From the NCBI GenBank assembly GCA_964476585.1, contig CAYZBF010000002.1:66354-130353 (forward strand): DNA of 64,000 nt, given 5' to 3'. The notes below the pieces were generated by a model. The model had not been told where the DNA came from. It ran no database searches and saw nothing but the letters and a program-made list of their open reading frames with translations. The position numbers and the translations under genes are program-made. Of the stretch, positions 38,037 to 48,038 are shown in pieces. Source of the DNA: an uncultured bacterium (GTDB lineage Bacteria > Hydrothermota > UBA3072). The stretch's first letter is position 1; each line of letters opens with the position of its first letter.

Positions 38037-40625
38037 TCACTTTATTACTGGTGCGAAATAGCCTTGAGATTCACTTACACTCCAATTATTATCGAAGAAG
38101 CCTGCCGCAAGAAAATCTCCCGAGATCTCAGTCTGCCTGTTATAAATCAGGTAATCCGGTATACCTGCACCTGCATAAAGCGTATTTATTGAACCCGTCA
38201 AATATAGACCTCCTTGATCAGTACCCTCATTAACAACGACAAATTTCTGTTGATTCAGAGGATTGGGATATAAAAATTTTACTGCAATACCACCACCTTT
38301 AAAGGTATGTTTTCCAATTTTGACCCGGTTGCCATTGAGGGTAATGGGCAGATCTCTATTGATTCTATTCGTCACAGAATTAACCTCAGGGCCTCCAAAG
38401 AGAATCAGATTATAATTCCGGATGATCTCTTCAGTCACTGCGGTATCTGGGATTATACACACGTAGCCATTTGCTCTACGCCACCATTGTTGCGCCTCTA
38501 TTCTTGCCAGGTTCAGACTTATCTTTTGCATCTCATTCTCATTCTTGGTTCCGTAAATCAACACAAATGGGGTAAAGTAAGCTGCCTTAATCGGGCCATA
38601 CATATCTGGTGTTTTTTTCAAGTCCTTCCTGCACACCTCTCCTAAGGCAAATTTCCCCTCTAGCGTCCGATGAATCTTAACTTCTCCGTACTTATCCAAT
38701 TCAGTTGTTATCTTGGTCCCATTCACTACAATTTCTAATTTACCCAGCTCTACTAAGCCCTTTTTCAGATAAAGCGTAAACTCGTTGACATTGGCAACAT
38801 TTACTCCTATGGACTGAACGCCAGTAACTTGAGCTTCTATCATGGACTCACTGAAAACCTCATTCTGTCTCTCAATGCTTACCCAATAAGCCCTGTTATT
38901 CAAGCCCAGGTCCATAGTTTTATACACCACGTGTTTTGGTAATGGATTCCTCACTTTCTCCCTCAGGAATTTCATAAGTTCAGGGTGGTTTACACAGGCT
39001 GTGCCTGGGATACCTTCTTCTCTCCACCAGTACCCCTTTCCAGGCACCTCATTGTATTTCACCTCATAGCCCAGCCTACGCAGAGTTTTCACTGCCCGGC
39101 GCGGATGAGTAGGAGGTACTGATTCATCATCACTTCCTTGTAAAACATATATCGGTAGGTCAAGTGCATTCTCCATAAGCACTAATGAGCGATTAGCTCG
39201 CCTTACTCGCTCAAATATGGTTCGTTGTTTCGGGGAAGCAAAAGTGTGGTCTTTACGAAGAAAGAAAGGAATATAAAGTTCAAAGCTGTTCCAACCAGCA
39301 CTTGGAGCAATAGCAGCAAATTGATCGGGGTGCTGAAGTCCTATATTCCACACTCCGTGACCTCCCATAGAATGGCCTGTCAGGTAGATTCTGTTCTCAT
39401 CTATGTCAAAACGCTTTACCGCTTCTTCCAAAGTATTTAAGGCATTGAGGCGTCCCCAATCCTGCCAATCGAAACCATAACGACGCCTGTTGGTAGGTGC
39501 AACTACATAGGCCCAGTCCTTTTTTGTATAGGCATTGACCTGTCCTTCGCATCTAACCCCCGCTCCATGAACAGTTAGAATCAGACCATAGGACTTAGTC
39601 GAATCAAAGTCCTCTGGAGGGAGAACTGAAAAGCATTGAACTGAGTTATCAAGTGATAATAGGAAGGTGGTTGTATAAGCCATTCCTCTGGCTTTGGTTA
39701 TGAGAGCAATCTTGCTCTCGCCTTTCCATCCAGTGGTAGAAACTTCTATAGGAATTTGCACCTTATCTTCCTCAACTTCACTTTTTGACAGGGGTCTCTT
39801 TCCAATAAGTTGAATGGGAACCTTCTGGATAGAAAGCGGAGCCAGGTACTCAATCATCTTTGTAATCTTACAAAATCGTTCATCTCCTCCCAGAGTAAGT
39901 TTCACATCCAACGTCTTAGTCGTGGTATTTATCACTGGCACTCCTATCCAACTATTTATGGTTTGACCATAAACAACATCAGGTGCAGTTACATCTTTAA
40001 CCTGCAACATAACAGGCCCTTCAACGGGAAGAATCCGGAAAGTAAAACTCAGCGCTTCATAACCACTTAGTTTTATTAGCAATCGGTTTATACCATCCTT
40101 TAATACCACGGGTATATGGACAAAGCCATGTCCATAAGGACCTCCTAAATGGGGAGTCCCGTTAAGCCAAAACCGACTTGCCTTTTCTGCCAGGATTAAA
40201 GCACGCTTCCATCCTTTATTCTCGAATTCCGTATATCCATAGCTCATATTCTGAAGTGCAGGCCAGCCCTGATTCTTCTGCAGTGACTCCCAACCCACTC
40301 CTTTATATGCAATGTCAACCTTGCCCTTCTCGTCAGCTTTAGTTTCCTGCCACTCTATGATGCCACCTTCTGCCATGCTGCTGGAATGTTTCATACCCTT
40401 CTTCGGTGTGATATTTAGTTGGCCACCCTGTTCGTATAGTGGGTCTATATAGCCTTCTCGTGTACCAGCGGAGAAGGGACCCACTGTTAACCAATCTGTT
40501 ATCATCCGTTCTTCTGCTTGAGCAGGTAAGAAATCCTCAGAGCCTGACACAGCGATTGACAACAAGAGAATAACCAAAAAAATTACTGAGCATTTTAGTT
40601 TACTAAGAAACATACTTACCTCCAT
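38037..40625 (-). CDS. secreted 862-aa protein with alpha/beta-hydrolase (S9 peptidase/esterase-like) domain
   Basis: N-terminal signal peptide and a GHSMGG nucleophile elbow in the central region. Confidence 0.5.
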   Translation of the reverse strand: MEVSMFLSKLKCSVIFLVILLLSIAVSGSEDFLPAQAEERMITDWLTVGPFSAGTREGYIDPLYEQGGQLNITPKKGMKHSSSMAEGGIIEWQETKADEKGKVDIAYKGVGWESLQKNQGWPALQNMSYGYTEFENKGWKRALILAEKASRFWLNGTPHLGGPYGHGFVHIPVVLKDGINRLLIKLSGYEALSFTFRILPVEGPVMLQVKDVTAPDVVYGQTINSWIGVPVINTTTKTLDVKLTLGGDERFCKITKMIEYLAPLSIQKVPIQLIGKRPLSKSEVEEDKVQIPIEVSTTGWKGESKIALITKARGMAYTTTFLLSLDNSVQCFSVLPPEDFDSTKSYGLILTVHGAGVRCEGQVNAYTKKDWAYVVAPTNRRRYGFDWQDWGRLNALNTLEEAVKRFDIDENRIYLTGHSMGGHGVWNIGLQHPDQFAAIAPSAGWNSFELYIPFFLRKDHTFASPKQRTIFERVRRANRSLVLMENALDLPIYVLQGSDDESVPPTHPRRAVKTLRRLGYEVKYNEVPGKGYWWREEGIPGTACVNHPELMKFLREKVRNPLPKHVVYKTMDLGLNNRAYWVSIERQNEVFSESMIEAQVTGVQSIGVNVANVNEFTLYLKKGLVELGKLEIVVNGTKITTELDKYGEVKIHRTLEGKFALGEVCRKDLKKTPDMYGPIKAAYFTPFVLIYGTKNENEMQKISLNLARIEAQQWWRRANGYVCIIPDTAVTEEIIRNYNLILFGGPEVNSVTNRINRDLPITLNGNRVKIGKHTFKGGGIAVKFLYPNPLNQQKFVVVNEGTDQGGLYLTGSINTLYAGAGIPDYLIYNRQTEISGDFLAAGFFDNNWSVSESQGYFAPVIK

Positions 40626-40764
40626 CCCTGCTCTATAATCGCAAACAATATAATTATAAACTCATCGTCTATCTCCGGTTTTCCATCCTCGGCCATCCTT
40701 ATCCCCCACCTATTTATCGTAGGTAATTGACTAAATAGAATCAAGAGTAAGGAGCAAAAGATGT

Positions 40765-41847
40765 TTAAAATCGGTGAGAAAACATTAAAAATGCACGACT
40801 GCGAGGGTCTTGCAGCATATTGGAAAGAGGCCACTCTAGTTCAATCACTTCTCGAATAGCAATATATGTCTTCTTCTTAAACCGGAATTCTATGCTTAGG
40901 CCACCCCTCAACTCCGAACTTTCCTCCCCGATTAATCTACTCCATGATTTTTGAATCCCAACCAGAAGAGTTAGCCAGTCACGAAACTGATAATTATAAA
41001 GAAGGGTAATCCCAATCCCTTTTCTTTCGTAGTCGAGTGTATCCCTGGATATCCTCTTATAATTCATTGGAAAACCTATATGTAGATTGTCCCTTCCTAA
41101 TAAACAAATCTCTAAAAACGGCTCAGCAAACAAGTGTTCCCATTGCCAATTGAAATCCTCTTCGGTATTGAATGAAACATAAGATGAATCTCTCTCTAAA
41201 TAACTGAGCCTTAATCCACCCGATAAATTTTTCATCAGGCGATAATGGGAACTTATAGATAATGCCTTACCACCTTGTTCTCCCCTGCCAATAACCTCAT
41301 CAAACAGAAAAAAATCTTTTTTACCTGGAAGTGTGAAACGATAATAATAAGAAAGATTCGCCCAATTATTTCGGATTCTCCCCTCCAGTTCCATCCTTAT
41401 GGGAAATCGACTGTAGCGATTGTAATGATGGAAATCTTCTACAATTAGATAAAGAGAGTGATTATTCGCCAGATTCCTCCAGTACCCAAAACCCAAACCT
41501 ATCATACTGTACCTTTTCTGGTATGCAGGCGCAACCACAAAGGAATAAACCCATGGAGGAAGAGTGTTTTCCCTTGGAATCCAGTTGAGTTCAAATCGGT
41601 GCAGCTCTTCTTGTAAATCATAACTATTCTCTTTATAAAAACGATAGTAAAAAGAAAGCTCCGAGAATAGCGGTATCTCAAATTTAGCCTCATATCTCTG
41701 CTTTAATCCATCAATATCAGAAAATCCCTGAACTATCCTGATGGCTCTCCTGCTTCCTATAAATAGAGTTTCCTCATTCGTTGGGAACCACGTAAAACTC
41801 TCGTCCAATAAATAGGTAGAAGGGAGTAAAAATAAGAGAATAATCAC
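40765..41847 (-). CDS. putative outer-membrane beta-barrel protein
   Basis: Hydrophobic N-terminus, alternating amphipathic pattern, C-terminal ...FSHRF. Confidence 0.4.
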   Translation of the reverse strand: MIILLFLLPSTYLLDESFTWFPTNEETLFIGSRRAIRIVQGFSDIDGLKQRYEAKFEIPLFSELSFYYRFYKENSYDLQEELHRFELNWIPRENTLPPWVYSFVVAPAYQKRYSMIGLGFGYWRNLANNHSLYLIVEDFHHYNRYSRFPIRMELEGRIRNNWANLSYYYRFTLPGKKDFFLFDEVIGRGEQGGKALSISSHYRLMKNLSGGLRLSYLERDSSYVSFNTEEDFNWQWEHLFAEPFLEICLLGRDNLHIGFPMNYKRISRDTLDYERKGIGITLLYNYQFRDWLTLLVGIQKSWSRLIGEESSELRGGLSIEFRFKKKTYIAIREVIELEWPLSNMLQDPRSRAFLMFSHRF

Positions 41848-42671
41848 TCTATAATTAGAGACATATCAATTGATGGATATGAATGTGTAAGAACCCCGAT
41901 AGAGATAAAATCAACGCCTGTTTCTGCAATCTCCCTAACGTTTGAGAGGGTTATTCCTCCTGAGGCTTCAAGAGTTATATTCCTGTCCTTTGTAATAGTA
42001 ACTACCTCCCTCAATTCCTGAATATTCATATTATCAAGAAGTAAATGCGTTGCTCCATTTTCAATCGCCTCCTTCATTTCCTGAAGGTTTCTAACCTCTA
42101 TCTCTCCCCTGATTTTAGAAAGCGCCTCTCTTATCCCACCAGCGATACTTATATGGTTCTCTTTTATGAGGACCTCATCATAAAGTCCCATTCGATGGTT
42201 AACCCCTCCTCCAACCCTTACCGCATACTTTTCTAAATATCGAAAGGTCGGAGTGGTCTTTCTTGTATCAAGGATTTTGGCACCAGTACCTTCTATTGCA
42301 TCAACGAATCTCTTTGTATAAGTTGAAATTCCAGAAAGCCTCTGGATGAAATTAAGAGCAACTCTCTCCCCCATAAGAATCGCCCTGGCGTCACCCTTAA
42401 GGGAAATGATATCAATCAGGTTGTGACCTTGAGGATCCAGCCAGACTCCCTCGCCAACAAGGACTTTCATCTCTATTTCTTCCAGTTCCTCAAATACCCA
42501 TCCTGTTATCTCTAATCCGGAAAGCACAGCCTTTTCCTTTAACTGTATCTTACCGGAAGTTGTATAGCACTCTGGAACTAAGTGCAGAGTAGTGATATCT
42601 CCTTTACCGATATCCTCTCTCAATGCCCTTCTTATTATAAGAAGCACCTTTTCTTTCTCTAATCTGTTCAT
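41844..42671 (-). CDS. nadC: nicotinate-nucleotide pyrophosphorylase (quinolinate phosphoribosyltransferase) NadC
   Basis: ALREDIGKGDITT N-terminal motif; QPRTase family. Confidence 0.85.
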   Translation of the reverse strand: MNRLEKEKVLLIIRRALREDIGKGDITTLHLVPECYTTSGKIQLKEKAVLSGLEITGWVFEELEEIEMKVLVGEGVWLDPQGHNLIDIISLKGDARAILMGERVALNFIQRLSGISTYTKRFVDAIEGTGAKILDTRKTTPTFRYLEKYAVRVGGGVNHRMGLYDEVLIKENHISIAGGIREALSKIRGEIEVRNLQEMKEAIENGATHLLLDNMNIQELREVVTITKDRNITLEASGGITLSNVREIAETGVDFISIGVLTHSYPSIDMSLIIE

Positions 42672-44655
42672 TCATTATCCTCCTTATCTCATCCCGTAGT
42701 TTTGCAGCTCTTTCAAACTCCAGTAATTCTGCATGTTCTTTCATTTTTCTCGTTAGGTTTTCTATTGCTTCCATTCTTTCCATCTCTGAGGAAAATTCCT
42801 CGGGGATGTCAAACTGAACCTTAATATCTGTGCTCTCCTCTTTCTTGGCTCCAGCAACAGCAGTAGTCCTAAGGATTTCCTCCCTGGACTTTTCAATACT
42901 CTTAGGAGTAACATTGTGCTTTATGTTATATTCTAACTGAACATTCCTACGTCTATCAATCTCTTCCAATGCTCGCCTGATAGCCTCTGTCTCTTTATCT
43001 GCATAAAGAATTACCTTGCCCTCTATATTCCTTGCAGCTCGACCAGACGTCTGGATGAGTGAAGTCTCGGAACGTAAGAATCCCGCTTTATCAGCATCCA
43101 GTATTGCAACAAGGGAAACCTCAGGAAGGTCAAGACCTTCCCGGAGGAGGTTGATACCTACCAAACAATCAAAATCGCCCAGTCTGAGTCCCCTTAAAAG
43201 ATCAACCCGTTCAACAGAATCTATCTCGGAATGTAAATATCGGACATTCAAACCCACATCTATTAAATATTCAGTTAATTCTTCAGACATCCTTTTTGTG
43301 AGGGTTGTAACAAGGACTCTTCCACCAGATTCAACAACCCTTCTTATCTCCTCGATAAGGTCGTCTATCTGATTTTGGACAGGGCGAATTTCCATATCAG
43401 GGTCTATAAGCCCAGTCGGTCTTATTAGTTGCTCTACTACTCCCCCAGATTCTTTGATCTCCCACTTATCAGGTGTTGCAGAAACATAGATAACTTTATC
43501 CACTTTTCCGAGGAATTCCCTAAAATTTAACGGTCTATTATCAAGGGCAGAAGGGAGTCTAAATCCATACTCAACAAGGGTTTCCTTTCTTGAACGATCT
43601 CCACGGAACATACCTCTTATCTGAGGAACCGTTCGATGAGACTCATCTATTATCGTGAGAAACTCATCTGGAAAGAAATCGATTAGAGTATAAGGAGGCT
43701 GTCCTTCCTCTCTTAAAGAGAGATAGCGGGAATAATTCTCAATGCCAGAACAATAACCTATTTCTCTTAGGAATTCGATATCATATCTCGTTCTACTCTC
43801 AAGTCTTTGTGCTTCTACGTATTTTTCTTTATCAAGAAGATATTTAACCCTCTCCTCCAGTTCCCTCTCTATTTGTTCTATTGTGAACGTAATCCTGTCT
43901 TTGGGGAGGACAAAATGATGCGCAGGATAAATATGAAAGGCCTCTAATTCTTCTATTTTCTTGCCACTGACCGGATCTATTCGGTAAATACTATCGATCT
44001 CATCGCCAAAGAATTCTACCCGCAACCCTTTAAATTCATACGATGGGTAGATATCCACCACATCACCCTTTACCCTGAAATTGCCCTGCACAAATTCTAT
44101 ATCATTCCTCCGATACTGATTATTTACCAGGTTCCTGAGCAATCCTTCTCTGGAAATCTCCATCCCCTTATTGATCTCGATTACCAGTGCTTTAAAATCA
44201 GCAGGTGAGCCGAGACCATAGATACAGGATACAGATGCAATAACAATTACATCTCTTCTTTCAAGTAGAGATGTTGTGGCTTTCATCCTGAGCCTCTCAA
44301 TCTCTTCATTAATTGAGGCATCCTTCCCTATATAAGTATCGGTCTCAGGGACATAGGCTTCTGGTTGATAGTAATCATAATATGATACAAAATATTCAAC
44401 TGCACTATCCGGGAAAAACTGTTTGAATTCGCCATATAACTGTGCTGCAAGGGTCTTATTATGTGACATTACAAGGGTTGGCAACCCTGCCCTCTCAATA
44501 ACATTAGCCATAGTAAAGGTTTTTCCGGAACCCGTTACTCCAAGGAGGGTCTGATGTCTCTTTCCTTTCTTTAACCCCAATGATAGTTTATCTATAACCT
44601 GAGGCTGATCCCCAGTTGGTTTGAAACTCGATTGTAGTTTGAATTCACCATGCAT
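42604..44655 (-). CDS. uvrB: excinuclease ABC subunit B UvrB
   Basis: Helicase motifs (GVTGSGKT) and a UvrC-binding C-terminal coiled coil (AAKLRDEIRRI). Confidence 0.95.
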   Translation of the reverse strand: MHGEFKLQSSFKPTGDQPQVIDKLSLGLKKGKRHQTLLGVTGSGKTFTMANVIERAGLPTLVMSHNKTLAAQLYGEFKQFFPDSAVEYFVSYYDYYQPEAYVPETDTYIGKDASINEEIERLRMKATTSLLERRDVIVIASVSCIYGLGSPADFKALVIEINKGMEISREGLLRNLVNNQYRRNDIEFVQGNFRVKGDVVDIYPSYEFKGLRVEFFGDEIDSIYRIDPVSGKKIEELEAFHIYPAHHFVLPKDRITFTIEQIERELEERVKYLLDKEKYVEAQRLESRTRYDIEFLREIGYCSGIENYSRYLSLREEGQPPYTLIDFFPDEFLTIIDESHRTVPQIRGMFRGDRSRKETLVEYGFRLPSALDNRPLNFREFLGKVDKVIYVSATPDKWEIKESGGVVEQLIRPTGLIDPDMEIRPVQNQIDDLIEEIRRVVESGGRVLVTTLTKRMSEELTEYLIDVGLNVRYLHSEIDSVERVDLLRGLRLGDFDCLVGINLLREGLDLPEVSLVAILDADKAGFLRSETSLIQTSGRAARNIEGKVILYADKETEAIRRALEEIDRRRNVQLEYNIKHNVTPKSIEKSREEILRTTAVAGAKKEESTDIKVQFDIPEEFSSEMERMEAIENLTRKMKEHAELLEFERAAKLRDEIRRIMNEQIRERKGASYNKKGIERGYR

Positions 44656-44707
44656 ATTAAAAAATAGGGGCCTTGTGCCCTTTTCGCAAGGTGTCTCTTT
44701 TTTATTG

Positions 44708-44962
44708 CCACAGAGACACGGAGGGTAGAGAGAAGAAATTTTTTAAGCCGCGATCCCTGCACGGTTCAATATAAATATTTATTAATTAAAGGGTTCAAGC
44801 GTATATATGACCGGAGACAGAGGTTGGGTTTTAGGTATGGAGTCCTAGGTCTTTGGGTTTAGAAGGTTGTGAAATAGGCGGATTTAGTGTGGAGAACTAA
44901 GACCTAAAATCTAACACCTTCCAGAGTGTCTTTGTGGTGAATTTTATCTGTGTTCATCTGCG
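44708..44962. repeat. dispersed element copy with termini CCACAGAGACAC ... GTGTCTTTGTGG, plus TCTGTGTTCATCTGCG tail
   Basis: Termini are inverted repeats with 1 mismatch. The 16-mer GTGTCTTTGTGGTGAA also occurs at 60085, and TGTGTTCATCTGCG also at 19518. The interior holds phased 7-bp units (TTTTAGG TATGGAG TCCTAGG TCTTTGG). Confidence 0.6.
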
Positions 44963-44967
44963 TCCTA

Positions 44968-45651
44968 TTAATGTGTCCTTTCTCCAAATATCAATGACCC
45001 AATCCTGACCATATTAGACCCCTCCTCAATGGCAACCGTATAAGAATTGCTCATACCCATAGATAGTATCTCCATCCTGGAGTTTTTCGTATTAACCTCT
45101 TTCAACTTTCCGAAGAGTTCCCTTGTAATCCTGAAGTAAGGACGTGCGATCTCTAGATCTCCAAATCGAGGTCCCATTGTCATAAGACCTTTTATCCTTA
45201 TATGCTTTAATTCCTCCACCTTTATAATCGCCTCTTTAATCGTGGAAAAATCTGGAGGGAACCCTGACTTTGCGGCTTCTCGCCCACTGTTTATCTCCAG
45301 TAAAACAGGGATAACGGATTTGCCCGCCTTCTCTGCACGTTTATCAATCTCTCTTGCATTACGTGAAGAATCAACTGTCTGGATGAGACCGAATATTGGA
45401 AGTGCTTTATTTATCTTGTTCTTTTGTAAAGGGCCTATGAGATGCCATTTGACAGTTCTCGCTATCTCTCCTAATGATTGATATTTATTGAAAGCCTCCG
45501 GATATACATAATTCTCACCTATATCTGTTGCACCTGCTTGTATTACTTCCTCGATCTCATCAGGTGTTCTTGTCTTTGATGCAACAACGATGGCTACATA
45601 ATCTGGAATTGTATCGCGAAGCCTCTTATAATTCTCTTCAATCTTCCCCAT
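44968..45651 (-). CDS. yggS: YggS family pyridoxal-phosphate homeostasis protein
   Basis: Alanine-racemase-N-like fold; the PLP Lys is in AIVVASKTR. Confidence 0.85.
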   Translation of the reverse strand: MGKIEENYKRLRDTIPDYVAIVVASKTRTPDEIEEVIQAGATDIGENYVYPEAFNKYQSLGEIARTVKWHLIGPLQKNKINKALPIFGLIQTVDSSRNAREIDKRAEKAGKSVIPVLLEINSGREAAKSGFPPDFSTIKEAIIKVEELKHIRIKGLMTMGPRFGDLEIARPYFRITRELFGKLKEVNTKNSRMEILSMGMSNSYTVAIEEGSNMVRIGSLIFGERTH

Positions 45652-45744
45652 TATTAGTCCTTTTCAGGATTCTTTTCTGTGGTTTTAGAGTCTGTCCTTC
45701 ATCCGCTTGGAGAGAAACCATAAAAATATTAACCACTAACCCCA

Positions 45745-45813
45745 AAATCCTAAATCCCAATCCCTAAATTTCGCATTCTACTAATGACTATAGACCTCAG
45801 ACTTCGGACTACA
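45745..45813. repeat. 7-bp phased repeats (AAATCCT AAATCCC AATCCCT ... GACTATA GACCTCA GACTTCG GACTACA)
   Basis: Seen directly. Confidence 0.6.
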
Positions 45814-45825
45814 AACAAACCCATT

Positions 45826-46782
45826 TTACCTCTTTCTTCCCTTATGGACTCTTATAAAGAACCTGTTACCACCATATCTGGTATCAATAATCTCGTTATT
45901 CTCTATCATGCGAGATACAACTGACCAGTCTTCTCCTGTCTTTGCAAGCATTTCTCTAACGGCTTCCTCCTTCATCGGATGAACCGCTGTTATATCAAGG
46001 ATATCGTTCCGAACGTTACCACTGGAGGCAAATTTATTCCCTTCATAACCGATAAGGAGTTCTACCTGATCAATCTTCTCACGAAACACATTGTAGGCAA
46101 TATTTATCATTTCCTCTCGCGGAGGTTTTACCCACTTGTACAGAGGAGGACGCGTAGGAATTGCAATATAAGCCTTTTTAGGCCCAAGCCGTTTGATGAA
46201 ATCCGCAATCCTCTTCATTTCCTCTTCATCAGCATTTATTCCATCAATAAGCATCGTTTCAGTATTGAGTTCTCCTTCGTATTTCTTGCTGAACGCTATC
46301 ATTCCAGAAAGCACATCAGAGAGGATAATTTCAGGATGTGGACGATTCACTCTTCTCCATACTTCTTCAGTGAGGGCATCAATCTTTAAGGATACCCAAT
46401 CCGCTTTCCCTAACTCTTTCCTTGCTTGGGGAGACGTCATAAATGTACCGTTGCTAATCACGGCAATAGGAATACCTAAGTCTTTTAATAAAACTATCTC
46501 TTTCCCTAAATTTATATCCAGTGTGGGTTCCCCATCAGGGACAAAACTCAGGTAATCTATCCTTTCTCCTTTTTCTTTTAATCCTCCTACCTTCTCCTCA
46601 AGCTGAATCTTAATCTCATCTGGCTTATAAAAGAACTCCCTCTTATTGGTTAGCCTTAATGTCTTTCCCACCTGACAGTAAACGCAGGAATAGGTACATA
46701 TCTTAGGTGGGATGTGATTTATTCCAAGGCTACGGCCCAGTCTTCTTGACGGGATTGGGCCGAATGGAATCCTATTCTTCAT
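45826..46782 (-). CDS. radical SAM domain protein (CxxxCxxC near N-terminus)
   Basis: CTYSCVYCQ cluster at residues 30-38. Confidence 0.7.
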   Translation of the reverse strand: MKNRIPFGPIPSRRLGRSLGINHIPPKICTYSCVYCQVGKTLRLTNKREFFYKPDEIKIQLEEKVGGLKEKGERIDYLSFVPDGEPTLDINLGKEIVLLKDLGIPIAVISNGTFMTSPQARKELGKADWVSLKIDALTEEVWRRVNRPHPEIILSDVLSGMIAFSKKYEGELNTETMLIDGINADEEEMKRIADFIKRLGPKKAYIAIPTRPPLYKWVKPPREEMINIAYNVFREKIDQVELLIGYEGNKFASSGNVRNDILDITAVHPMKEEAVREMLAKTGEDWSVVSRMIENNEIIDTRYGGNRFFIRVHKGRKR

Positions 46783-47752
46783 CTGCTTCCAGTCTCAAAT
46801 ATTTCCTGCCCCTTTTTTTTAATTTCTTCAATAATTCATTCTCGTATATCTCTGCAAAATAACATCCTACAGTTTTACTTAAATAGCTAATCGCTACGAC
46901 CTCAGCAATAGTGGAAATATTCTTTCCCGACATAACTGGAATATCAACACAGGGAATTGAAACTCCCAGAATACTCACCTCTTGAGTTTCCAGTCCTGTC
47001 CGTGTATAATCTTTGCCTTTCTCCCATTCAACCAGTTTCATCTGTAATTCAACCCTTTTATGCAATCTTATACCTTTAATACCAAAGATAACAGCCACAT
47101 TTAGTATACCCACACCTCGAATCTCGATATTATGGCGAAGCACATCCTCCTTCTCCAACTCTTCACCTATTAACACATCTTTTTTCCTCTTCACAATAAC
47201 AACATCGTCGGCCACCAAACGGTGTCCTCGTTCAACGAGATCAAGGGCTAATTCACTCTTACCTATTCCACTCTCTCCCGTAATCAGCAATCCAACTCCA
47301 TACACATCTACCAGATCCCCATGAATGCTAAATAATTCAGCCAACTGGTCTTCGAGGTAAGATTGAATTGTAACACTAACTTTCCAGCTTGGCGCTCTGG
47401 AGCTCATAAGGGGTATCTCTAATTCCTTACATCCCTTAACCAATTCGGGTAAAGGTTTATGCCCACAACTAATTATTATGGCAGGGGGATTGAGGGAAAG
47501 GAGCCGAGAGATCACCTTGACCCTCTCTCTTTTGGTTAAATGAGAAAGAAAACCAAAATCTCGATTACCCAACAATTGAACAGAGTCAGCAGGAAAATCC
47601 TTAAGGTATCCAGCAAATATATATCCAGGTCTATTTGCAAACTTTTCTTTAATAAGTCTTTTTAGTCCTACTTCACCCGCCAGAAGTTCAACATCAATAT
47701 ATTCCTTAAGATCGTTTAGTAGATCTTTAACTGTTACTTTAGTGGTTGCCAT
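46772..47752 (-). CDS. hprK: HPr kinase/phosphorylase
   Basis: P-loop GESGIGKSELALDL, characteristic of HprK. Confidence 0.85.
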   Translation of the reverse strand: MATTKVTVKDLLNDLKEYIDVELLAGEVGLKRLIKEKFANRPGYIFAGYLKDFPADSVQLLGNRDFGFLSHLTKRERVKVISRLLSLNPPAIIISCGHKPLPELVKGCKELEIPLMSSRAPSWKVSVTIQSYLEDQLAELFSIHGDLVDVYGVGLLITGESGIGKSELALDLVERGHRLVADDVVIVKRKKDVLIGEELEKEDVLRHNIEIRGVGILNVAVIFGIKGIRLHKRVELQMKLVEWEKGKDYTRTGLETQEVSILGVSIPCVDIPVMSGKNISTIAEVVAISYLSKTVGCYFAEIYENELLKKLKKRGRKYLRLEADEE

Positions 47753-48038
47753 GATGGTCAGTAACCTTGCTTTCGAATTCCTTTACCTGCCTCTCGATCT
47801 TTGAGAGAGCTGTGATAAAGGTATTATATGCATCTCTTCCTTCAGCTTCTGCGTTAATGTTCTTATGTTCCAGATACGCATTGATCTCAGTGCTCCTTCT
47901 ATCCCCTTCTCCCTTTATAATAACCTCAACATCTTTTATCCATTTATTAAATTTTCTCAATCTCTTCATCTTTTTATCTATTTGTCTCTGTAACTCCTTA
48001 GATACATCAAAATGCCGTGTGATAAGCTTATAGTTCAT
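47739..48038 (-). CDS. hpf: ribosome hibernation promoting factor (short HPF/RaiA)
   Basis: ~99-aa S30AE family protein with typical N-terminus. Confidence 0.75.
   Translation of the reverse strand: MNYKLITRHFDVSKELQRQIDKKMKRLRKFNKWIKDVEVIIKGEGDRRSTEINAYLEHKNINAEAEGRDAYNTFITALSKIERQVKEFESKVTDHHGNH

Noticed and set aside
40616-40834. 72-aa minus-strand ORF between the hydrolase and OMP genes
   Set aside because: It overlaps the ends of both flanking genes and has a low-complexity hydrophobic translation; likely spurious.
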